Shown in pieces: positions 28,331 to 35,900 of a stretch of 64,000 nucleotides of DNA. The position numbers and the translations under genes were made by a program. Source of the DNA: Kiritimatiellia bacterium (GTDB taxonomy: Bacteria > Verrucomicrobiota > Kiritimatiellia > RFP12 > UBA1067); NCBI GenBank assembly GCA_045599105.1, contig JAZRVL010000054.1, positions 2,670 to 66,669 on the forward strand. The letters run 5' to 3'. The notes under the pieces were generated by a model. It was given only the letters and a program-made list of their open reading frames with translations, did not search any database and was not told the DNA's origin. The stretch's first letter is position 1. Each line of letters begins with the position of its first letter.

Positions 28331-28806
28331 GCTCGCAAGATATAATGATGGGTTCGCGTTTAACGCATGTAAGAGAGCTTAAGGCCCAAGTAGATAAGCT
28401 AACCGAGGAGAATCATACCCTGCGGGACGAACTTGGCGCCTTAAAGGCACATCTTGATTTGGCAATGTTGGCGCTTGCGGATTTACAAGCAGGCGAGGAG
28501 TTGGAGATTTGGGACGGATGGAATCTCATCTTAAGTGCCGATAAGGTTGCAAAAAGTCGGGAGGAATTGCTTGCACAGGCAAAAGCGAGTGGCAAGCGAG
28601 TTTGGATTGTTTACGATGGGCACGATGAAAATGTGAAGGTGGATGGCAAAGTGCGCATATCGTATACGGGAGGCAAGGGTGAGCAAAGGGCGGATAAGTT
28701 TATTTGCGCATTTTTGCGATGTGTAAAGTATCTGGGCGTTGATAATAAAATCACGCTTCGCACGTTTGATAAGGCATTGCTCGCTTCAACTTCAACCCGT
28801 GGCTAA
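28327..28806 (+). CDS. NYN/YacP(Rae1)-like predicted ribonuclease with an N-terminal coiled coil
   Basis: IWDGWNLI ... VWIVYDGH ... ISYTGGKGEQRADKFI mirrors the YacP pattern (VDGYNxI, VVFDA, TADExI). An ATGA overlap joins it to prmC. Confidence 0.55.
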   Translation: MSSQDIMMGSRLTHVRELKAQVDKLTEENHTLRDELGALKAHLDLAMLALADLQAGEELEIWDGWNLILSADKVAKSREELLAQAKASGKRVWIVYDGHDENVKVDGKVRISYTGGKGEQRADKFICAFLRCVKYLGVDNKITLRTFDKALLASTSTRG

Positions 28807-28820
28807 TGCGAAAAGGATGG

Positions 28821-28848
28821 TCAAGTCCCTTGAAAAGACTTGAAATTT
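28821..28848 (+). terminator. weak hairpin after the NYN gene
   Basis: 7-bp stem TCAAGTC/GACTTGA with a 9-nt loop, followed only by AATTT. Confidence 0.3.
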
Positions 28849-28875
28849 AATCACTATCCTTGACAACTACATACG

Positions 28876-28884
28876 TGGTATAAT
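28876..28884 (+). promoter_or_regulatory. extended -10 TGGTATAAT, 7 nt before the ATG at 28892
   Basis: Exact TGnTATAAT. A TTGACA lies at 28860-28865 but only 13 nt away. No SD is present. Confidence 0.5.
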
Positions 28885-28891
28885 AATCAAT

Positions 28892-29446
28892 ATGAAAGTC
28901 GTTGAGATTATGCGAAGGTTGCAGAAGACGCTGAGAGACGAAATCGAAATGGGTCGGTCGTGCGGACCCTTTTACGCGGCGATTGTCGACTCGACTGGCG
29001 CAGTCGTTGCGGAAGGGGCGAACAGCGTTGTCGATTCGGACTGCAGTCATAACCACGCGGAGATGAATGTGATCGCTCGCGCAGAGAAGAAATTTGGCAC
29101 ATGGAATCTTGCGGGCAAGGGGCTGACGCTCTTTACAACTGCCGAGCCGTGCATGATGTGCGTCGGCGGTATTCTCTGGAGTGGCTTAGAACGCGTCGTC
29201 TACGGCGTTTCGACGGAGGCGGTTGAGCGTATCACGGGTTTCGATGAGGGTTTCAAGGCGAATTGGCGAGAAGAATTCGCATTGCGTGGGATTTGCGTCA
29301 CGGGTCCGATCTTGAGCGAACTCGGAGAAGAGGTGCTCTCCGTCTACATGAAACGCTGCGGTAACGTCTATTCGCCGAGGGTTTGCAGCAGGGACACACC
29401 CCAAAAAAGTCATGTTGAGCTTTTCTGTGGGAGTAAGAGTGGGTGA
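28892..29446 (+). CDS. CMP/dCMP-type zinc deaminase (guanine/tRNA-adenosine deaminase-like)
   Basis: HAEMNVI ... PCMMCVGGI zinc-binding motifs. The last ~20 codons look non-native and lie antisense to the prophage terminal ORF. Confidence 0.75.
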   Translation: MKVVEIMRRLQKTLRDEIEMGRSCGPFYAAIVDSTGAVVAEGANSVVDSDCSHNHAEMNVIARAEKKFGTWNLAGKGLTLFTTAEPCMMCVGGILWSGLERVVYGVSTEAVERITGFDEGFKANWREEFALRGICVTGPILSELGEEVLSVYMKRCGNVYSPRVCSRDTPQKSHVELFCGSKSG

Positions 29447-30494
29447 CATATTTGGGAAAGATAGCAAGCTGCGGAAGATAGATGGTGCGGTCAAGGAGCG
29501 CGATGATGGCGTTCATGTAAGCGATGTGGTCGAAAGTCAGGCGGCGCGTCCAGTCGTATTTGTGGGGATCGTAAGATTCCTCCCAAGGGCGCGGCATCAT
29601 TCGCGGGAAGTTCTCGTGCAGCATCGCGTCAAGCGGGTTGGGCCATACTCCGCTAAAAGTTACGGGACCGGGAAGCGCGTTAATGCGCGCGATCGTGTTG
29701 GTGTCCGAGTCTGGCGTAACGGCGAGAAGCGCGGATTTGGCGATGGCGGTCGGAGATAAAGTAAATGAGCCGAAAGTCCAGCAATTAAACGGCCAAAGAT
29801 CGCGCGATTGAATGGTAGTTGGTGAGCTTGTCCAATCGAACTCGGGAAATATCTCAATGGTTGTTGGATAAGATGGATTATATGGCAGTTTGCCAGTCGT
29901 TGACCAAAAAAGACGCGGATCAGTTGAGTTGTTGTTGCAATAGTATGGACGATATGGGAAAGCGTGAACACCTTGACCGCCATTGTCAACGAGAGTTAAA
30001 AGCGCGTTATACAGCTTTTTAAAGTTGCCGGCGCTGAGAAATCTGCGAGTGATGGATTTTTGGTAGTTGTAGTCGAGTGGTTGATAGTCAAGGAGGTTGA
30101 TGTAGCTGCTGGTGGAGGTAGGGTGTTGCCACCAAAAGCGCGAGGGGATGTCTTGTGGTCCATAAAGCGCAGCATCCCAACGATTGGTAGTGTCACTCAG
30201 CGTTGGATAGTAGAGGTGCTCGAAGAATCCGTCAAAGGTGGCGGCGAAGCTTGCGAGCATAGTATCGTCAAGGCGAGGAGTCCTGGCAACGTAGTTAGTT
30301 GTAGTTGAAGTTGAAGGTTGGGCGATGTACCAGTCGTCAGAGCCAGGCGTCCATTCGCTTGCAACTTGCTCGGTGACATTTGTTGGGACCTTGATGAAGG
30401 TAAAAGGTCCATCGGATGAGATGAGGTCGGCGCGTAAGTTGAGCTGGATGAAACTTGCGCATGCGAGAGTTAAAGCTATAATTAAGCGCTTCAT
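29298..30494 (-). CDS. secreted aromatic/Pro-rich protein at the distal end of the tail module (moron or receptor-binding candidate)
   Basis: Signal peptide MKRLIIALTLACASFIQLNLRA. An ATGA overlap joins it to the upstream tail ORF. The last ~32 codons are low-quality sequence antisense to the deaminase gene. Confidence 0.55.
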   Translation of the reverse strand: MKRLIIALTLACASFIQLNLRADLISSDGPFTFIKVPTNVTEQVASEWTPGSDDWYIAQPSTSTTTNYVARTPRLDDTMLASFAATFDGFFEHLYYPTLSDTTNRWDAALYGPQDIPSRFWWQHPTSTSSYINLLDYQPLDYNYQKSITRRFLSAGNFKKLYNALLTLVDNGGQGVHAFPYRPYYCNNNSTDPRLFWSTTGKLPYNPSYPTTIEIFPEFDWTSSPTTIQSRDLWPFNCWTFGSFTLSPTAIAKSALLAVTPDSDTNTIARINALPGPVTFSGVWPNPLDAMLHENFPRMMPRPWEESYDPHKYDWTRRLTFDHIAYMNAIIALLDRTIYLPQLAIFPKYVTHSYSHRKAQHDFFGVCPCCKPSANRRYRSVSCRRRAPLLRVRSRSDP

Positions 30495-31054
30495 GAGTTG
30501 ATGGATCCAAATTCTCCCATGGTGGCGTCAAGTCCGATGCGCCAGTCGCAGGTGATCGAGCCGTTCTCGTCGATGGTGTAGAGCGGAAGGATGTAGACAT
30601 TAGGATCGCTTTCGCAATCGTTGAGATCCTCGAGATCGGCGCAGGTGTTGATTTCGAATACAGGTGCGCTGCCAGAAATGTCAATAAAGATGCAGAGAAT
30701 GCAAGGTACATCGGCGTACATCGCCGCTTCGCAATCGGCGTCGTAGGTCTTGCCGCCGATGCGGACGAATTGGTTGGAGAGGGAGAAGTTATAGGTCGGC
30801 GACTCGCCCTCGGTCTCGGGCTCGTTGCGAGAGACGGTCAGGTCGAAGCGACCGGGGCGAGAAGGAGAGGCAGCGACTTTGCGGTCGCGGAGATTTTTGG
30901 GGATGGGAGTAAAACTGCTTGCGTTAGGGCTTTCTTGCAAGAGTTGTCTGCTCGGTACCATTAAACCAAGCGAGTTGATGCGGTCGGTTGCACCTTGAAC
31001 CCACGATGCAGGCAAGGTTTGTCCTTTACTTGGAGCTGTTAGCGTCGGAAACAC
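30491..31054 (-). CDS. phage tail-associated protein, unknown function
   Basis: 187-aa ORF with protein-like composition, abutting its neighbours within the tail module. Confidence 0.5.
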   Translation of the reverse strand: MFPTLTAPSKGQTLPASWVQGATDRINSLGLMVPSRQLLQESPNASSFTPIPKNLRDRKVAASPSRPGRFDLTVSRNEPETEGESPTYNFSLSNQFVRIGGKTYDADCEAAMYADVPCILCIFIDISGSAPVFEINTCADLEDLNDCESDPNVYILPLYTIDENGSITCDWRIGLDATMGEFGSINS

Positions 31055-31930
31055 TTAGCTGTTTCCTCCGTTATTAACTGGTGGGCGTGTGCCTGTACAA
31101 TCGTAAGGAATAGGCCAACGTGTACCGTCGGCTCCGTAGAGGTCGGGATCCCAAGTTGTCTCGCCAGTGTAGGCGTATTGCAATTTTTTAAGCCCCATCC
31201 AGCTTTCGGTACGGATCCAATCTCCGTCGGGCTGTTCTTCGCAATCGTCTTGGCACTTTACCCAGTCATAGTCGTTAATGATGTCTGCGAGGTTGCCGGG
31301 TTTGTAAACCTTTTTGGAGTCGCCCGACCCAGTTGCCGGGGTGTCGATGTAGCCGAGTTTTTCAAGGATTGTTTGAGGTGGGCGGGAGTATTGTCTGCGT
31401 TTGGTAAGCAGTGGATAAAAGCGCATTACCGACTCGACGCCATTAGAGATTTTTTGGGCAATCTTTTTGCCGTTTGAGGTGAGCTCTTGCACAGATCCGT
31501 CGTCACTTTTGAACTTATAGGCATCGGCAAGGGTTTTATTAGTTTCCTTTTGCCACATTTCAAGCGAATAGCGAGAAAAAGTGAACGCTGGGTCGCAATA
31601 GGCGAGGATTGGCAGGTCGTTGCGGATCGACCTGATAGACCAGGTTTCTTTTTTGGCTTGTTGCTCCGTGACGGATTGTGAGATGGTGGTATCTTCGGGA
31701 GTGCAGTTTATATCAAGCTTTCCCCACAGTCCGGAAAGACGGGACAGATTCCAAGAGTTGGCAATCCAATTACCTGATATGACGTCACCGCGCGCAATTG
31801 CGTCGGCAGCGGTTTTAAGGTCGTTGTAAGGACCTTTGAAAGAGAATGTAAAGACCTTTTGATCGTGTTCGGTAAGTCCAGTTGTGTCGGTTGGCTGGTC
31901 GATTGCGGTAGCAGGTTTAATCCAACTCAT
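31055..31930 (-). CDS. phage distal tail protein candidate
   Basis: 291 aa, immediately downstream of the tape-measure-like gene with a 4-nt overlap. Confidence 0.45.
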   Translation of the reverse strand: MSWIKPATAIDQPTDTTGLTEHDQKVFTFSFKGPYNDLKTAADAIARGDVISGNWIANSWNLSRLSGLWGKLDINCTPEDTTISQSVTEQQAKKETWSIRSIRNDLPILAYCDPAFTFSRYSLEMWQKETNKTLADAYKFKSDDGSVQELTSNGKKIAQKISNGVESVMRFYPLLTKRRQYSRPPQTILEKLGYIDTPATGSGDSKKVYKPGNLADIINDYDWVKCQDDCEEQPDGDWIRTESWMGLKKLQYAYTGETTWDPDLYGADGTRWPIPYDCTGTRPPVNNGGNS

Positions 31931-32826
31931 GTCAAGACGGCTCCTTTCTTGGAATTGTCGGCAATAATGCCGAGCAGTTCTGTTTGCTTATCAAGTGATC
32001 GCTGGATGTTTTGACCATGGATCCCAATCCCTCCGCCAGTAGCGTAGCCACCGATTTTAGATAGGGCATCGCCAGCGCCATACGAGGCGACGCGATATTC
32101 TTGGCGCTTGGAGAGTTGCTTTTCTCCATTGTAAACGAAGTCTTCAAGTTGAGATTGCCAGGCGCGGCTTCCATTTAGGTATCCTTGTTGGATGGCTGCC
32201 GACTCTTTATCTCCTTTTTTGTTAAAGCTCTCCATGTTTTTTTTGGCTTTTTCTTCGGCGACTTTCAGCTCTTCAAGCCGATTTTTGGCAGCGGCAATTT
32301 TCTCTTCCAACTTTTCAAAGTTGTCGCCCGTGTCGGTAAGATCGCGTAGGAACGATTTCCAGGCGCGATCTTCTTCATAGTCGTGTTCGCCACGGGCATA
32401 TTCGCGCGACATATTGTTTTGGAGCGCGGTGCGGTCGAGATAAGTTTTGAGCACTCCAGCAAGTCCACCGATAGCCCCGTCGACAGGTCCACCTACCATC
32501 GCGCCCATAGATGCGCCGGTTACCGCGCTACCCGCATATTCGAGCGCGGTGCGACCAGTTGACCCTTCGCGCATGTGGCCGGCGGCGTAGGACGAAGCGA
32601 GGCCGACGGCAATGCCTGCAAACGCGCGGGTGGCGCGTTTCATATTGATATTGGTTTCGGAGGCTGCGTTAGAAAGTCCCTTTAAGGAACGGGCGGCTCC
32701 ATCGGCTTCGTTCGACATGGTGCCGCCAGTGGCAGAACTGCCGCCCGACTTCTCCAATGCTTTCGCCTGGCGTTTGGCCTTGGCGGTGTCGAGCTCGACT
32801 TCAAGTTTTAGCTTTTTCGTTGCCAT
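31927..32826 (-). CDS. short tape-measure-like protein (299 aa)
   Basis: Coiled-coil Lys/Glu-rich segments flank Gly/Ala-rich hydrophobic stretches (FAGIAVGLASSYAAG, GASMGAMVGGPVDGAIGGLAGV). It occupies the position after the chaperone gene. Confidence 0.55.
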   Translation of the reverse strand: MATKKLKLEVELDTAKAKRQAKALEKSGGSSATGGTMSNEADGAARSLKGLSNAASETNINMKRATRAFAGIAVGLASSYAAGHMREGSTGRTALEYAGSAVTGASMGAMVGGPVDGAIGGLAGVLKTYLDRTALQNNMSREYARGEHDYEEDRAWKSFLRDLTDTGDNFEKLEEKIAAAKNRLEELKVAEEKAKKNMESFNKKGDKESAAIQQGYLNGSRAWQSQLEDFVYNGEKQLSKRQEYRVASYGAGDALSKIGGYATGGGIGIHGQNIQRSLDKQTELLGIIADNSKKGAVLT

Positions 32827-32838
32827 CGTCGATCTTTT

Positions 32839-33354
32839 CTATTTCCGATAGCGGGAAGATGTAGAATGATCCGTCTTTGTTTTTGCAACCTTGCCGGCGG
32901 AGGAGTGCAAGCGTTGATACTGGCGTTTGCCAGAGGATTTCTTCGAGCGACCAGTGGTAGGTGCGGGCGAAGTAGTCGATGAAAAGCGCAATCCAGCCGT
33001 CGCCTGTTTCGGGACTTTTTTTTTACTGTCGTCAACTTCAGGCACTACATCGAAAAATGCGCCCATCTGCCTGTAGGCGGCTTCTTTGATTTTTTTGACG
33101 ACGTCGACGGGCTCTTGGTCGGCCCATTGCATCGCGAGGTCGAGGATGTTGCCGCGAAAGACTTCGCGCGGATCGTGGGTCAGAAGGTAGAGCGAGGGGA
33201 TGAGCTCCAACGTGTCCTTCGGCTCGCGACCGGTGACGAGCGGGGAGTTGATGCGCTCCAGGGCGGCCCACATTCCAAGCGTCATCGGTTTGATGACGGC
33301 TTGGCCGGGCGGAATTAGAGCGGCAATCGCTTTGCGTGGATTGGCTTTGCTCAT
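32839..33354 (-). CDS. tail assembly chaperone candidate (0 frame); the -1 frame continues to 32801
   Basis: Sits between the tube-like and tape-measure-like genes. The 0-frame C-terminus after KKK is low complexity, whereas the -1 frame is protein-like. Confidence 0.5.
   Translation of the reverse strand: MSKANPRKAIAALIPPGQAVIKPMTLGMWAALERINSPLVTGREPKDTLELIPSLYLLTHDPREVFRGNILDLAMQWADQEPVDVVKKIKEAAYRQMGAFFDVVPEVDDSKKKVPKQATAGLRFSSTTSPAPTTGRSKKSSGKRQYQRLHSSAGKVAKTKTDHSTSSRYRK
33016..33024 (-). promoter_or_regulatory. A9 slippery run (T9 on the + strand), candidate -1 frameshift site
   Basis: Minus strand reads GAC AGT AAA AAA AAA GTC. Confidence 0.5.
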
Positions 33355-33363
33355 GGGTGATTG

Positions 33364-33714
33364 TTAGCTTGGCGAGTTGTCGAAGCGGTGAGCGCGGAGG
33401 TGGTAGCGCTTAAGACCGTTGTAAGTACCGGCTTCCTCGTGCGAGTCGATGTAGTACTTGACGTTGTTGTAGGTGATCTTGGCGTTTTCGCTGCCAACCG
33501 TGCCTGCGGTTTCGGTGAGTTTGGTGCCGCGATAGGTGAGGGAAAGATCGACGCGGGTGTCGTAGTAGATCTCCTTGGCTGTCGCGTTTTTCTGATCGGG
33601 TATTGGCTCGGCGAGCGGGGTTTTGGTGATGGTCTCGCTTTCGACGGTGATGCCCGATTGGTTGGTGGCGATACCGTAGGTCTCGGCGGTTGCGGTTGCG
33701 GGGGTAGTGGCCAT
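33364..33714 (-). CDS. small major tail (tube) protein candidate
   Basis: 116 aa with balanced composition, directly upstream of the chaperone-like gene. Called on synteny only. Confidence 0.4.
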   Translation of the reverse strand: MATTPATATAETYGIATNQSGITVESETITKTPLAEPIPDQKNATAKEIYYDTRVDLSLTYRGTKLTETAGTVGSENAKITYNNVKYYIDSHEEAGTYNGLKRYHLRAHRFDNSPS

Positions 33715-33738
33715 GGCTTATTTTCCTTTTTTGGGGGG

Positions 33739-34179
33739 TTAGAGATAAATGGTGGTTGAGAATGTCGTTGACGCGGTAACCGTGCCGTCGTTAGATAGGG
33801 TCTGTTCGATGTCTTCGAATTGAATGTACTCGTCTTCGAGTTCGTGGGCGATGATGCCAGCCGCATCAAGAGCGCGGATGGTAAGAGAGTCTTCGCGGGC
33901 GATCGGCGGGATCTCCACGCAGCGAATGACGAGATTGGCTTCGACGGGGATGCAGCCCTGGCTGCAACCGTTGCGGGTGAATTTGGGGGTGGTAACGACA
34001 ACGGCGACTTTGCCTTCGCTTAACGCTTGCTTGGCGCGATCGTAGACTTCGCGGGTGTCTTCGGCGAGAATCACGCAGCCGCCTTGTACGAGCGCTTGAA
34101 CGCTCGCTAAACGCGCTTTTAACCGGTTTTGAAATTCGTGTATTGTCATGGTTAGCGAATTATTGTATACTTCTTGCAT
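33739..34179 (-). CDS. tail completion/terminator-like protein candidate
   Basis: 146 aa, placed between the head-completion genes and the tube gene. Called on synteny only. Confidence 0.35.
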   Translation of the reverse strand: MQEVYNNSLTMTIHEFQNRLKARLASVQALVQGGCVILAEDTREVYDRAKQALSEGKVAVVVTTPKFTRNGCSQGCIPVEANLVIRCVEIPPIAREDSLTIRALDAAGIIAHELEDEYIQFEDIEQTLSNDGTVTASTTFSTTIYL

Positions 34180-34193
34180 CCGAGCGGTTCAGG

Positions 34194-35354
34194 TCATCTC
34201 AAGCCCTTTGAGGCTCCGAGCGAGAAGTTCAGGTGATGCTCCCGCCCGGATAATTTTTTTTGAATGCTTTTCAGTCCATCTCTTCGATCGATTATGGCTA
34301 AGATATATCCTCCGTCCAGAGTGTCCAAGTCGAGCTCGAAGCGATTGGGATCTCGTGTCGGCAGTATGCGGTCGGGATTTCGCCATAGAGAAGGCAAGAG
34401 CTCGAATTCTTGTTTGGTCAAATGCTCGCCCGGTTCCTTGGGGTTTAAATGTTTGGAACCGTGTTCAATAAGAAATTGATGTGACAAACTTAGGTTCTGT
34501 CCGTTGAATCCTTTCCCCAAACGAGCGCGTTTTATGCGTCCTTCGAGGACATCTTGAATTAGGTTACCTTGCCAATTAACCTTGCTATTCTCTATTGAGA
34601 TCTGGTCGCCAAATTTCTGATGGAGAATATCCGCGCAGAGCGAGTCGTTGCGAAGATTGGGTATTTCCGCGCCAAGAGCGTCGTTAAAACCGGTATCCGG
34701 GACTTTTTGCGGAGGATCGTCTTTTTTTACGAGCCCGATGGATATTGCTTCCGAAATCGAGACGTTTTCGACGCCCATTCCAGAATTGAAGTCGAAGGGA
34801 GGGTAGGGATGGCCGAAGCGGGAGATGGCCGTCCAGATAGGCGAGGTCTTGAGCGCGACCATGTCGCGAGCGCGAAGTACTCCATCGTAAGCGACAGCCG
34901 CCGCGGCAGAGTTCCAGCGCGCATGCCAATCGCGTGGAACGTTGCGAGGTTTAATTCGCACCAAGCGAAGCGCGGGAAATTCTTCAAGCGCGGATTTTGT
35001 CGTAAATTGTTTGTATTGCAGAAATCCATGCGCTTGGTCGCGATTGGTTTTAATAATCAAGTCCAATCTCGCTTTAGTGCGTAAATCCCGGAGGGATCCT
35101 TCTTTGCCTTCCGGGGCGCTATATCCTATGGTATCCAAAGCTTTGCGTATTGTCAGTCTGGCTTCGGAAGGATCGAGTTTTTGGCTTGCCACTTGAGCGA
35201 CGGCTTCGCGCATCGTATGGAGAAGGCGAACGTCTTCGACAGTCGCAGAGAAAAAGGCACGGTCGCGAAGTCCGGCTTGAATGCGTGACCACTCGGTCGA
35301 GTTGATCTTCGATCCAACTAGGGCTTTTGGGAGGATTAAGTCGGCGGCGGTCAT
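34194..35354 (-). CDS. polyvalent-type virion protein: divergent Mu F/SPP1 gp7-like region plus a C-terminal PBECR-like nuclease domain (inferred)
   Basis: The middle part (RFGHPYPPFDFNSGMG) resembles the PPxHxNCRC end of Mu F domains without the Cys pair. The C-terminus (HQFLIEHGSKHLNP...ELLPSLWRNPDRIL...GGYILAIIDRRDGLKSI) resembles phage Barnase-EndoU-ColicinE5/D-RelE-like modules. Confidence 0.45.
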   Translation of the reverse strand: MTAADLILPKALVGSKINSTEWSRIQAGLRDRAFFSATVEDVRLLHTMREAVAQVASQKLDPSEARLTIRKALDTIGYSAPEGKEGSLRDLRTKARLDLIIKTNRDQAHGFLQYKQFTTKSALEEFPALRLVRIKPRNVPRDWHARWNSAAAAVAYDGVLRARDMVALKTSPIWTAISRFGHPYPPFDFNSGMGVENVSISEAISIGLVKKDDPPQKVPDTGFNDALGAEIPNLRNDSLCADILHQKFGDQISIENSKVNWQGNLIQDVLEGRIKRARLGKGFNGQNLSLSHQFLIEHGSKHLNPKEPGEHLTKQEFELLPSLWRNPDRILPTRDPNRFELDLDTLDGGYILAIIDRRDGLKSIQKKLSGREHHLNFSLGASKGLR

Positions 35355-35893
35355 ACTGCGGTTGCCTCCCCGAGTCCAAGAGTTGCAGCATTGGCGATTT
35401 CCTCGTCGGTCGGCAGAACCGACGGATCGGCGGGGATGGTTGCGCGCGGCAGAAGGATGTAGAGAATCTTGCCCGTCTCGCTGTCGCCAAGCGCGCCGCC
35501 AGGAGTTTTGAAAAGTTTGTGACCCGCTTGGGTGTATTCGCTCGGCCAGATGCCAGCAACGATTGGATCGATCGGCATGGCGAGTGATTTTTTGCGAGGG
35601 TAGATGGTGCCGCCCTCGTAGTGGAGGGCGAGGCCGCGTCCAGGAGCGTTACGCTCGGTAGAGTCGGTGCCGACGGATACGACGAATGATTTGGTGCGGA
35701 CTTCGTATTTGGCGGTATCGGCCGCATCGGCGTAATAGTTGGACTTGGGCATCCCAAAGGGATTCGGCTTGGTGGCGAAGTTTTTCTTGCGCAGATGCTT
35801 GATAACGAGGTCGGTCACGCGCAACGCAGCCCGCTCGGAAGTTTGACGCTCCGAGAGGAAGTCGTTAGGGAGAATTGCGCGGACGATTTTCAT
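35351..35893 (-). CDS. head completion / neck protein candidate
   Basis: 180-aa ORF with balanced composition, overlapping both neighbours within the head-tail joining block. Confidence 0.4.
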   Translation of the reverse strand: MKIVRAILPNDFLSERQTSERAALRVTDLVIKHLRKKNFATKPNPFGMPKSNYYADAADTAKYEVRTKSFVVSVGTDSTERNAPGRGLALHYEGGTIYPRKKSLAMPIDPIVAGIWPSEYTQAGHKLFKTPGGALGDSETGKILYILLPRATIPADPSVLPTDEEIANAATLGLGEATAV

Positions 35894-35900
35894 TTTTCTT

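Noticed and set aside
33351-34001. 216-aa Pro/Ser/Thr/Arg-rich minus-strand ORF, together with the 212-aa ORF at 35119-35757 and the 169-aa ORF at 36537-37046
   Set aside because: These are alternative frames of the same strand in GC-rich phage genes. They are extreme low-complexity sequences, and the competing frames give ordinary protein sequences that tile without gaps.
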